A DNA stretch of 64,000 nucleotides from Kiritimatiellia bacterium (GTDB lineage Bacteria; Verrucomicrobiota; Kiritimatiellia; RFP12; UBA1067): NCBI GenBank assembly GCA_045540275.1, contig JAZQGX010000235.1, positions 7,610 to 71,609 of the forward strand. The letters are read 5' to 3'. The stretch's first letter is position 1; each line of letters begins with the position of its first letter. Of the stretch, positions 9,202-18,239 are shown one piece after another. Position numbers and translations under genes: made by a program. A model generated the notes under the pieces. It was given only the letters and a program-made list of their open reading frames with translations. It ran no database searches and was not told the origin of the DNA.

Positions 9202-10611
9202 TCAGATTTTCTTGATCTTCTGCCCGTCCTTTGAGTCGCGGACTTCCCAGCCAAGTCGAGCTAGTTCGTCACGCAGTCGATCCGACTCAGCCCAATTCAG
9301 TCCGGCGCGAGCTTCGGCGCGGGCGTCAAGCAAGGCCTTAATTTCAGCAGGCATCGCTACATCTGTCGAAACACGTCCGAAAAAGACAACTCCCAAGACC
9401 TTATCCATCATGCGGAATACGTCAAGTACGGCTACAGCAATATTCGCGCGGCAATCGGATTGAGCCAGATACACATTGGCTGCTCGCACCAACCCGAACA
9501 TTGCGGCAAAGGCCTCAGGAATATTCAAGTCGTCATTGACCGCCGCGGTAAACGCATCAAGTGCATTTTTCGCCCAATCGACATCCGACAGCGGAGCTGG
9601 CGGTACATCACCTGCGATAGCTTCAAGCGCACCGAGACACTCGTCCAGACGCGCAAGCGAGGTGCGCGCTGCGGCAAGCGCATCAAATGTAAAGTTGAGC
9701 GGCTGCCGATAATGGGCATTGACCAAAACATAACGGATTTCTCGCCCGGTATACCCTTTCTCTAGCAGATCGCGCAAAGTGAAAAAGTTTCCGAGTGATT
9801 TAGACATCTTCTCGCCGTTTACGCGCAGATGGGCGCAATGCATCCAGAAATTGACAAAGGGTTTTCCGGTTGCAGCTTCGGCCTGGGCTATTTCATTCTC
9901 GTGATGCGGAAAAAGATTGTCAATGCCGCCAGTGTGCAAATCGAAGGTTTCACCGAGATACTTCATCGACATCGCGGAGCATTCGATATGCCAGCCAGGA
10001 CGGCCTTTGCCCCACGGAGATTCCCATGCCACGGGACCGTCGGACTCTTCCCATGCCTTCCAAAGCGCAAAATCGCCGACATTTTCCTTGTCGTATTCGT
10101 CTGAGGCACAACGAGCGCCAGTTCTTTGATTGTCGAAATCGATGTGGGCAAGCTTACCATAGCCCGGGAACTTGGTCACCGCAAAATAAACAGAACCGTC
10201 CTCAGAACGATATGCCACCCCCTTGTCGATCAGCTGCTGAACAAGTGCAATCATCTCGGGGATGTGATCGGTTGCCGCCGGATACACCTCCGCAGGTTCT
10301 ATGTTCAGTGTTGTCAAATCTGCAAAAAAAGCATCTTTGTAGGTCTTGGTATACTCGGTCAGCGGCTTGCCTGACGCATTTGCTCCGCGAATGGTCTTGT
10401 CGTCGACATCGGTCAGGTTCATCACCTGCTTAACCTTCATGCCGCCGAATTCCAATGCGCGACGAAGCACATCTTCAAAAGTATATGCGCGGAAATTGCC
10501 GATATGGGCGAAATTGTAAACCGTCGGTCCGCAGGTGTACATCCCGACCTTACCTTCGGACAACGGTGTGAACTGTTCTTTGCGATGATTGAGACTGTTG
10601 TATACTTGCAT
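9202..10611 (-). CDS. cysS: Cysteine--tRNA ligase
   Basis: CGPTVYNFAHIGN, GRPGWHIECSAM, FPHHENE, KMSKS. Confidence 0.98.
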   Translation of the reverse strand: MQVYNSLNHRKEQFTPLSEGKVGMYTCGPTVYNFAHIGNFRAYTFEDVLRRALEFGGMKVKQVMNLTDVDDKTIRGANASGKPLTEYTKTYKDAFFADLTTLNIEPAEVYPAATDHIPEMIALVQQLIDKGVAYRSEDGSVYFAVTKFPGYGKLAHIDFDNQRTGARCASDEYDKENVGDFALWKAWEESDGPVAWESPWGKGRPGWHIECSAMSMKYLGETFDLHTGGIDNLFPHHENEIAQAEAATGKPFVNFWMHCAHLRVNGEKMSKSLGNFFTLRDLLEKGYTGREIRYVLVNAHYRQPLNFTFDALAAARTSLARLDECLGALEAIAGDVPPAPLSDVDWAKNALDAFTAAVNDDLNIPEAFAAMFGLVRAANVYLAQSDCRANIAVAVLDVFRMMDKVLGVVFFGRVSTDVAMPAEIKALLDARAEARAGLNWAESDRLRDELARLGWEVRDSKDGQKIKKI

Positions 10612-10631
10612 AATTAACCTCCAGCAAAAAT

Positions 10632-11135
10632 TCAGTGCAATGGGAATGCCATCGCTATTTCAGGACAGGTGAAAGGATTTGCGTGCTTGGTACATCCCAT
10701 GCATCCGATGTAAAGCTTGTGCATCACCTGGGTTTTGGGAATCACAACAAATCCCATCGACTTGAAAAACTCAGGAGCGAATGTCAGCACAATAACCTGC
10801 GACGCATTGAACCGCCGCACCGAATCAATCACGCGGGAAACCAGCGCCTCTCCGATTTTCTTTCGGCGATACTCCTTTGCGACTGCAACCGACTGTATCT
10901 CAACCGCGGCGCCCTCGGGGTTCCCGATCTCCGGAAAAATCTTCCATGAGGCACATCCGATGAGCCGCCCCTCTTCATTTTCGGCAATCACAAAGCGATC
11001 GATGTTTTCAACGATGTCACCGATAGATCGCGGAACCAGCATATCGCTGTGAGCACGAATCATCTCAAAGATTGGCTTTGCATCGCCCAAAACCGCCGTT
11101 CGAACCGAACAAGCTACCCGTTCTTCATCGCTCAT
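10632..11135 (-). CDS. GNAT N-acetyltransferase (short ArgA-like amino-acid acetyltransferase)
   Basis: AEIQS-like VEIQSVAV, RRKKIG acetyl-CoA motif, VLTFAPEFF, C-terminal CxxC...C; ATGA overlap at 11132-11135. Confidence 0.8.
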   Translation of the reverse strand: MSDEERVACSVRTAVLGDAKPIFEMIRAHSDMLVPRSIGDIVENIDRFVIAENEEGRLIGCASWKIFPEIGNPEGAAVEIQSVAVAKEYRRKKIGEALVSRVIDSVRRFNASQVIVLTFAPEFFKSMGFVVIPKTQVMHKLYIGCMGCTKHANPFTCPEIAMAFPLH

Positions 11136-11785
11136 TTCTTTCCTTTCAAGGCTTTTCCCGAAAGCCATTTCGCAGTCGGCGTGAAATTTTCCGCCGCCGG
11201 CCGGATATCATCATCGGTTTCCGGAAGGCGATCGGGGCCGCAGGAATAAAGCACGGGAAACGTCGATGAATCGGCCGGCGGCATATAAACATACGGCTTG
11301 CTCCAGATGTCATTGCGAATCTGATTGACATAAGGACCGCCCCAGCCGGCCACCCCGGGATCTCGAACCAAAGAAACCAATCCGTCTTCGGGCGACGGAT
11401 AACAACCGGTGTCATGCCGATAGCGGGCAAGCGCCTGAGCCAGCGCATCAACGCTTTTCATCGTGCGGGAGACGGGATTGACCGTCATGCGGCGTTGAAC
11501 TGACTTGTCGGCCGATGAAATTAGACAGGCTCCAAAAATGAAAAGGAATAGTACGACAAACAAAAGCCTTTTTCGAGGAATGCGGAATAAATTTGAACCA
11601 ACCGATGAAAGCATCTCCTTCTGCTGCTCAAAATCCCTCAGGATGCGCTCTCTGTTTTTGCGTTTCAAATGCCGCATCTCCGCCGACATGCGCTTGGGCA
11701 CAATCACGGTTCGGCCGCACGACGGGCAGCATGAGGGAACCGGATCCTCCAGCAAGCTTTTGCAATATGGACAGCGGTATTTCAA
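11132..11785 (-). CDS. Membrane protein with zinc ribbon and type II secretion GspG-like C-terminal domain
   Basis: CPYC...CPSC; one TM segment; ALARYRHDTGCYPSPEDGLVSLV...WGGPY...DIWSKPYVY...SCGPD..DDDI matches the T2SSG pattern. Confidence 0.75.
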   Translation of the reverse strand: MKYRCPYCKSLLEDPVPSCCPSCGRTVIVPKRMSAEMRHLKRKNRERILRDFEQQKEMLSSVGSNLFRIPRKRLLFVVLFLFIFGACLISSADKSVQRRMTVNPVSRTMKSVDALAQALARYRHDTGCYPSPEDGLVSLVRDPGVAGWGGPYVNQIRNDIWSKPYVYMPPADSSTFPVLYSCGPDRLPETDDDIRPAAENFTPTAKWLSGKALKGKK

Positions 11786-13728
11786 TATCCACCTCCTAAA
11801 TCGCGGAGGCTGTAATGTTCATGAAGGAGATTTCGCGGTATCTCTTTCAAAAAGCGCGAGGGTTTGCAAATCATCGTTCCGCCGTCGCGCATGAAACGCA
11901 CGGAGGGCGAACTGATGATCAGATGATCCTTGGCGCGGGTCAATGCCACGTAAAATAGACGGCGTTCCTCGCTGTCGTCGGCATCGTCTTCAAGCTTGCC
12001 GGAAGGAAACATACCTTCGCTCGCCCAAATGATGAATACCACCGGCCACTCCAGCCCTTTCGACTGATGTACCGTTGAAAGGTGAATGCGGTCCTGATTG
12101 TCGTCGTGCCCATGCGCGGCGTCCTCGTTGGTCAGCAGCGCTACCTCCTGCAGGAATCCAGCAATGCCGCCAGACGCTGCGTCGATTTGCCGTCCTACTT
12201 CGCGAATGTCATTTTCGCGGTCATCGGCATTGTCGTATTTGCGGCGAAGATAATCGGAATAGAACAAATCGCAAAAACGCGAAAGCAGCTCGCTGCCCTG
12301 CCTAGCTTTTGCCGTATGCTGGTATTCTTCAAAAATTGAAACCAAAGATTGAATCTGCTTCTTCGCTTTTGCCGGAGCCGCTTTAAGCAGAGCATCACGT
12401 GACGTTTTGCTGCAGACATCGAAAATGCGACCAATCTTATCCCAGATTTTTGCCACAGTCTTCTCGCCAACTCCGTCCAGCAGCCCCATGAAACGTTCAA
12501 AAGCCATCTGGTCGCGAGGATGCTCGCAAATCCTCAAAAACGAGATGACGTCCTTGACATGGGCCTGCTCAAACACTCCGGCACCCGAGGTGATGCAATA
12601 CGGGATGCGAGATCGCGCCAGATCCATCTGCAGTTCGATGGAATGGAAATGCGCGCGATAAAGCACCGCCATCTGGTCGAGCCTGTACCCGGCATCCAGA
12701 AAACGCCTGATCAATCCAAGCACCGCGGATACCTGTTCGGAAGCATCGCGCAATTTGAACAAATGAGGTTGAGCGCCGGGACTGCGAGTGGCGCGAAGCG
12801 TTTTCTGAAATTGATCGGGGTTGCCTTTGATAACCTCGTTCGCCACCTCCAAAATCGCAGGGACGCTACGATAGTTACGTTCAAGTCTGACGATTTTGCA
12901 ATCAGGCCAGCGCTTGGGAAATTCCATGATGTTCTTGAAATGAGCACCGCGCCAAGAGTAAATGCATTGGAAGTCGTCACCGACCACCATCAGATTGCGA
13001 TGTTTGGCGGCGAGCAAATCCACAATCTGCGCCTGCAGCAAATTGGTGTCCTGATATTCATCCACCAACACGTGGACGAAGCGCTCTTGATAAAACGAGA
13101 GCACGTCTTCGTTTTCGCGAAGCAGCTTTAATCCGTTGATCAGCAGATCGTCGAAATCCATCACCCCGAGTTCACGCTTGCGTTTGGCGTACAGGTCGCT
13201 GACCTGGCGGATACCGGAAGCATACAGCGTTTTCAGCTCGAAAGCCGATTCATCAATCACGGTGTCGATAGGCACGCACTTGTTTGCCGCTTTGCTGATC
13301 AATGAGCCGATGACGTCTTTTTTGGGGAAATCTTTGGGATTGGGCACACACTCAACGATACACTTCTTGATTAGCGACCGCGAATCGTCCTGATCGAGAA
13401 TGGTAAAGCCGGGTTCATAGCCGAGACGGGTGGCGAAGTGACGCAGGAACCGATTGCAAATATGGTGAAAGGTCCCGCTCATCAATGTCCCAACCGAATC
13501 GCCGACCTGCTGGCGCGCACGCTCCATCATTTCGCGGGCGGCGCGATTAGTAAAGGTGAGCAAAAGCATATTCTCCGGCGGAATACCCTTCTCCACCAGG
13601 TAGGAAACGCGATAAACCAAGGTTCTGGTTTTGCCTGTTCCCGCCGCAGCGAGAACAAGCAGTGGACCATCGCCTGCCGTGGCAGCTTCCAGCTGCTCGG
13701 GATTCAACAATGCTGCGTAATCGGTCAT
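11782..13728 (-). CDS. pcrA: UvrD/PcrA/Rep family ATP-dependent DNA helicase
   Basis: LNPEQ, AAAGTGKT, TFTNRAA, VDEYQD, GDDFQCIY, NYRS, TVHQSKGLEW, EERRLFYVALTRA; start 13728 by ATGA overlap. Confidence 0.93.
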   Translation of the reverse strand: MTDYAALLNPEQLEAATAGDGPLLVLAAAGTGKTRTLVYRVSYLVEKGIPPENMLLLTFTNRAAREMMERARQQVGDSVGTLMSGTFHHICNRFLRHFATRLGYEPGFTILDQDDSRSLIKKCIVECVPNPKDFPKKDVIGSLISKAANKCVPIDTVIDESAFELKTLYASGIRQVSDLYAKRKRELGVMDFDDLLINGLKLLRENEDVLSFYQERFVHVLVDEYQDTNLLQAQIVDLLAAKHRNLMVVGDDFQCIYSWRGAHFKNIMEFPKRWPDCKIVRLERNYRSVPAILEVANEVIKGNPDQFQKTLRATRSPGAQPHLFKLRDASEQVSAVLGLIRRFLDAGYRLDQMAVLYRAHFHSIELQMDLARSRIPYCITSGAGVFEQAHVKDVISFLRICEHPRDQMAFERFMGLLDGVGEKTVAKIWDKIGRIFDVCSKTSRDALLKAAPAKAKKQIQSLVSIFEEYQHTAKARQGSELLSRFCDLFYSDYLRRKYDNADDRENDIREVGRQIDAASGGIAGFLQEVALLTNEDAAHGHDDNQDRIHLSTVHQSKGLEWPVVFIIWASEGMFPSGKLEDDADDSEERRLFYVALTRAKDHLIISSPSVRFMRDGGTMICKPSRFLKEIPRNLLHEHYSLRDLGGGY

Positions 13729-14258
13729 GATCTCCGCAATCCGCCTCCCATCACATTTTTCAGGTTGGTCCCGACCTGCAAATAGCGCTGTTGGGCGGCA
13801 GCCGGAGTGAGACGCAACGCCTTGGCGCACGCCATCATCGAGAGACCTTTGAAATGACGCAACTCTACGATTTCGCGCTCATCTTCGGGCAAGTCGCGCA
13901 ACATGCGGTGCAGCGAAGCATACGGATCCGACGGAGCCATACGAATCTTGCTTGAATCGTTGAAGCCGCTCATGTCGATATCGACGCTTCCTTCACGCTC
14001 GCGGGCGCCAGGGCAGTATTTGTTCTCGTAGGTATCCACCAGCGAAGCAATCTCGCGCTCGAATTCCCGCTCATAACCGGAGCCGGCGAAGCGGTCTAGG
14101 TTTCTCGCTGCACGCAGATACGCATCCTGCACCACCTGATCCGGGGTGACGGATTTCCGAAGCGCAGCACTCATGCTGCGCTCGGCAAGTCCAATCAAAC
14201 CGGAACGGATGCGAGCAAAACGTGATGCGAACTCATCCATGCTCAATGTTTCGGCCAT
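13725..14258 (-). CDS. ECF-type RNA polymerase sigma-70 factor
   Basis: Region 2-like DQVVQDAYLRA; region 4 LPEDEREIVELRHFKGLS...AKAL. Confidence 0.75.
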   Translation of the reverse strand: MAETLSMDEFASRFARIRSGLIGLAERSMSAALRKSVTPDQVVQDAYLRAARNLDRFAGSGYEREFEREIASLVDTYENKYCPGAREREGSVDIDMSGFNDSSKIRMAPSDPYASLHRMLRDLPEDEREIVELRHFKGLSMMACAKALRLTPAAAQQRYLQVGTNLKNVMGGGLRRS

Positions 14259-14274
14259 AAAGCCTCCTTATGTT

Positions 14275-15411
14275 TCAAAGATCGGACATGGAAACGACAG
14301 GAAGATTCTTCTTGAGCGTGATTTTCATCGGCTTGAGTTTGGAGCTGTCAAACTTGTAGCCTTCCTTGGCGTCAAGCGGCCAAACTTCCGGTGCGGTATT
14401 GAGAATCGTCGCCTTGAAGCCCTGCATGGTGGCACCCATATTTCCGGTGTGGGAGGAATTGCATCCTTCATTTTCGATTACGAAGGGATACTTGTAACCC
14501 TTTGCCATCAATGTCTTGAGGAAAAGCGTCCAGTCCATTGAATCGCTGCCGCCGAAGCCGGGCAGACGCGGTTCGTAGCTGATGCGATCCCACTCGCAGC
14601 TGGGCTGCGGGACCTTGGCGCGACGGGCAAGACGGTCGTTAACCTTCTGCGCAGGGAAGAATCTGCCCCAGTGCAAAGCGGCAGGAGTATTGGTGAAATT
14701 GCGCGTACCCTTGATGTGAACGCGGCGCAGACGACTGAAGTCCATGGCGTTAATCACTTCGCTGGGATCGATGTGCTGCCATACGTCGTGCGAGGGATCG
14801 TAGGTTTCGGCGTGAGCCTTGGAAGGAATCAGCGCATACATGAGCTTGCGGGCGGCAAGACAGCCGGGAAGATTGTTGTAGCAGTCGGGGGCGGTAACCG
14901 CCTGCCAGCCTTCCATCGGGCAGTTCTCGTAGCACAAGGTAACGCCGAGAGATTCTGCGTATTTGACGATGGGGGTAAACACACGCTTGTACTCGAGCAG
15001 ATTCTTCTCGAATCCACCGTCCTGACGGCCCAATTCGTTGTTGTACCCGACAAATGTTCCGCAAACCACATCATTGGCATCTCCGCCCAAAAGCGCAGCG
15101 ATTCGGATGAGTTTGAGAATGTGGTTCTGATTGTTCACGCGTTCTGCCGGATCGCCGCCGATCAGATTGTCATAGGCGCCGACCGAAATGCGAAGACCTT
15201 CTTTATTGCAACGATCGACGATTTTTTTTGCAGTCTCAAGATCGAACTCTTCGTAGTCGAGATGGGTGGCGGTGTGGTCTTTGCGAGTACCATCGCGGCG
15301 AAATACGCAAAGCTCCAGACCTTGAGCGCCAACACTCTTGGCGCGTTTAATCACCTGATCAAAGCTCTGACCAGGAAATGCCGATGTCATCAACCAAATT
15401 GGATTATTCAT
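14275..15411 (-). CDS. Sugar phosphate isomerase/epimerase (xylose-isomerase-like TIM barrel)
   Basis: GLELC, YENCPMEGW, YDPSH, VHIKG, IENE motifs. Confidence 0.8.
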   Translation of the reverse strand: MNNPIWLMTSAFPGQSFDQVIKRAKSVGAQGLELCVFRRDGTRKDHTATHLDYEEFDLETAKKIVDRCNKEGLRISVGAYDNLIGGDPAERVNNQNHILKLIRIAALLGGDANDVVCGTFVGYNNELGRQDGGFEKNLLEYKRVFTPIVKYAESLGVTLCYENCPMEGWQAVTAPDCYNNLPGCLAARKLMYALIPSKAHAETYDPSHDVWQHIDPSEVINAMDFSRLRRVHIKGTRNFTNTPAALHWGRFFPAQKVNDRLARRAKVPQPSCEWDRISYEPRLPGFGGSDSMDWTLFLKTLMAKGYKYPFVIENEGCNSSHTGNMGATMQGFKATILNTAPEVWPLDAKEGYKFDSSKLKPMKITLKKNLPVVSMSDL

Positions 15412-15481
15412 CTTTTATTCCTTTCTTTTGCGTATTTGTCCGTAATCGCACGGTAACATCCATTGCGCAACCGCGCTGAAA

Positions 15482-17896
15482 CTATTCTCTGACATCCACA
15501 CCGAGCTTGCTCTTGAGCGACTCGATGACCTTCCTGAACGAAGCGTTTACCTCTTCATCGCGAAGTGTCCGGTCTGCGGCGCGGAAGGCCATTGAATAAG
15601 CCACACTGCGCTTACCGTCGCCGAGCTGCTTCGAGCGGAAGGTGTCGAAAAGTTCAATCTCGGTCAAAAATTCGCCGCCGGCGGCTCGAATCGTATCCAC
15701 GATGCGCTCATGTGTGATTTCACCATCGGCGATGAAGGCGACATCACGACGAGATTCGGGGAAGTTTGGCGTCGGTTGAATCGATCCAGAAATTTCATCA
15801 GCCTTCTTTAACAGCACCGAAAGCCGCAATTCGCAAAGCGCCATGGGTTGCGTCATGCGCCAGGGATGTCGAAGCGCCTTTTTCGCTAGGCCAATAACAC
15901 CGGCCTTCTGCTTGCCGATTTTGACTTCCGCACTCCATCCCGGCTCAAAAGCGGGATGTTCCACTGGTGTGAACGAGAGTTGATCGGTATGGAGAGCCGC
16001 CGCCAATTCTTCAACTGCCCCCTTGAGCCACAGCATACTTTCTTCGTTGGAAACCGCACGGCGGCGATCAAGCGCCGAACGACCGAACGGTCCCATCAGG
16101 CCGATCGCCAGGCGCTCCTCCTCATGTGGAATGCCGCGGGGATCGGCAAAGAAAATACGGCCGATTTCAAAGAGCCCGGCGCGTTCGACCTGATGCGAGG
16201 CGTTGCGACCAAGCGACTGGGAAAGCTGGGGAAGGAGCGAATCTCGAAGTAGCGCATATTCGGCGCTGACGGGATTGGGAATCTCAACCCGCCGCTTGAC
16301 ATCGCGGGAATCGAACACGTCAAGCTCCTTGCGCGAGAGAAAGCTGTAGTGCATCGCTTCGGAAAAGCCAAGTCCCAGCAACAGCGAGCGAACACGGGCC
16401 TTGCGATAAAACGGACGATCGTCAAGGGTGGATACCGAAGTTGCGTCGGGCATCTTGGACGGAATCGCATCCAACCCGTGCATTCTTGCTATTTCCTCGA
16501 CCAGGTCCGCTTCCATCGTCAAGTCGAGACGCCATGACGGGATTGCAAATTTTGCCATTTCACCATCGCATTCAACGGTTTTAAGCCCCAGACTTTCAAG
16601 GATCTCAACCATTCGGGAATTCTCTATTTCCGCACCGATCATCGCGCGAGCCCGCGCGAAGTCGAGCGCCACGGGATTTTCTCTAAACTTGCGGTTATCA
16701 GCGTCAACCACTCCGGAGGCGATCCTCGCCTTGCCGTATTTGAACATCAGATGGGCGGCGCGGCGGCTTGCCCAACCAGCAAGATCAGGATCAACGCCAC
16801 GGATGTAACGATATGAGGATTCTGTGGCCAGTCCGAGCTTCTGCGCCGTGAACTTGACGCAAGGCGCATCAAAAAGCGCACTCTCAATGAGTACAGTAGT
16901 GGTATCAGCGGATATCTCGCTGCCCTCACCACCCATAACGCCGGCAACCGCCACCGGAACGGTTTCATCACAAATGGCAAGCATTGAGGAGTCAAGTTTG
17001 CGATCGATTCCGTCGAGCGTCTTTATTGTTTCGCCCTCGGCGGCGGTGCGCACCACAATCTGTCCGCCCTTGAGCAGCCGGTAATCGAACATGTGAAGCG
17101 GCTGTCCGCATTCGAGCATGACATAATTCGAAACATCGACGGCAAGTGAAATCGAACGGACCCCGCACTGCTCGAGACGTTTAGCCATCCAATCAGGCGA
17201 AGGGACGTCGGTAACGTTTTCAACGATGCGAGCGGTGTAGCGGGGACAGAGGCTGCCCGCTTCAACTTTCACCGTAACAAAGTCTTCGACCTTGCTTTCG
17301 CTTTCTTCAAAATCGGTTTCCGGCATTTTCAGCGGACGATTGAGCAATGCCGCCATTTCACGGGCGATACCCAGTACCGACAGGCAGTCGGGACGGTTCC
17401 AGGTAATTTCAAGATCAAGCACCGTTTCTGGGGGAGGCACCAGCGAACTGACGAGCGTACCGCAAGCGATCGACGCGTCCAACTCCATGATTCCTCCGTG
17501 ATCGGAGGAAATGCAGAGTTCGTCGGCGGCGCAAAGCATTCCGCAACTTTCCACCCCGCGAAGCTTACGAGGTACGATAGTGAAATCACCTCCCGGGATG
17601 TACGCCCCCAGCTTGGCAAAGGGAGTCTTTAAACCGGCACGGGCGTTTGGTGCACCGCAAACCACCTGGAACACCTCGTTACCGTCGGAAACCTTGCACA
17701 CATGCATGTGATCGCTGTCAGGATGCGGAACGCATTCCAAAATCTCACCGACAACGATATTGTCATCGAGGTTGGCACCCACGACATCGATCGACTCCAC
17801 CTCAACCCCGGAAAAGGTTAGCTTATCGGCAAGTTCTTTGACCGACAGATCTGAAACATCAACAAATTCATTCAACCAACTGACAGGTATTTTCAT
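15482..17896 (-). CDS. pheT: Phenylalanine--tRNA ligase beta subunit
   Basis: MKIPVSWL, VVCGAPN, LRGVESCGMLC, ITWNRPDCLS, DLVEEIAR, C-terminal FDX-ACB (RDVAF...RTL). Confidence 0.98.
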   Translation of the reverse strand: MKIPVSWLNEFVDVSDLSVKELADKLTFSGVEVESIDVVGANLDDNIVVGEILECVPHPDSDHMHVCKVSDGNEVFQVVCGAPNARAGLKTPFAKLGAYIPGGDFTIVPRKLRGVESCGMLCAADELCISSDHGGIMELDASIACGTLVSSLVPPPETVLDLEITWNRPDCLSVLGIAREMAALLNRPLKMPETDFEESESKVEDFVTVKVEAGSLCPRYTARIVENVTDVPSPDWMAKRLEQCGVRSISLAVDVSNYVMLECGQPLHMFDYRLLKGGQIVVRTAAEGETIKTLDGIDRKLDSSMLAICDETVPVAVAGVMGGEGSEISADTTTVLIESALFDAPCVKFTAQKLGLATESSYRYIRGVDPDLAGWASRRAAHLMFKYGKARIASGVVDADNRKFRENPVALDFARARAMIGAEIENSRMVEILESLGLKTVECDGEMAKFAIPSWRLDLTMEADLVEEIARMHGLDAIPSKMPDATSVSTLDDRPFYRKARVRSLLLGLGFSEAMHYSFLSRKELDVFDSRDVKRRVEIPNPVSAEYALLRDSLLPQLSQSLGRNASHQVERAGLFEIGRIFFADPRGIPHEEERLAIGLMGPFGRSALDRRRAVSNEESMLWLKGAVEELAAALHTDQLSFTPVEHPAFEPGWSAEVKIGKQKAGVIGLAKKALRHPWRMTQPMALCELRLSVLLKKADEISGSIQPTPNFPESRRDVAFIADGEITHERIVDTIRAAGGEFLTEIELFDTFRSKQLGDGKRSVAYSMAFRAADRTLRDEEVNASFRKVIESLKSKLGVDVRE

Positions 17897-17996
17897 TGTC
17901 TGGAGACCCTCTGATTTCCCGCGGTTCGAACATAAGAGGCGATTCCGTCCCTAGACGGTTTTCCGCATCGGCAAAACAACGAACCGAAAAAGAAAT

Positions 17997-18025
17997 ATCA
18001 TAATGTTTTTAAGCGTTTTGGTCAA
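17997..18025 (-). promoter_or_regulatory. Sigma70-type promoter for pheT (TTGACC-17-TATGAT)
   Basis: Reverse complement of 18020-18025 is TTGACC and of 17997-18002 is TATGAT; 17-nt spacer. Confidence 0.55.
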
Positions 18026-18239
18026 TATTTGAAATGAGAATCGTCTTCTATATTTAAATGATATTTACCAATCGCAACTCGAGACATTTGGCGCTGCGAG
18101 CGTGAAACAAACGGCCAATTTGCCATGGGCCGGAAATCGACCGATTTTTTGCGATGAACAGCTTCATATTATTTAAAATCCGCAGCGATGGATGAAAATT
18201 GCATTTGTTGCACACCGCGATTTGGAGTATAATCAGTTT

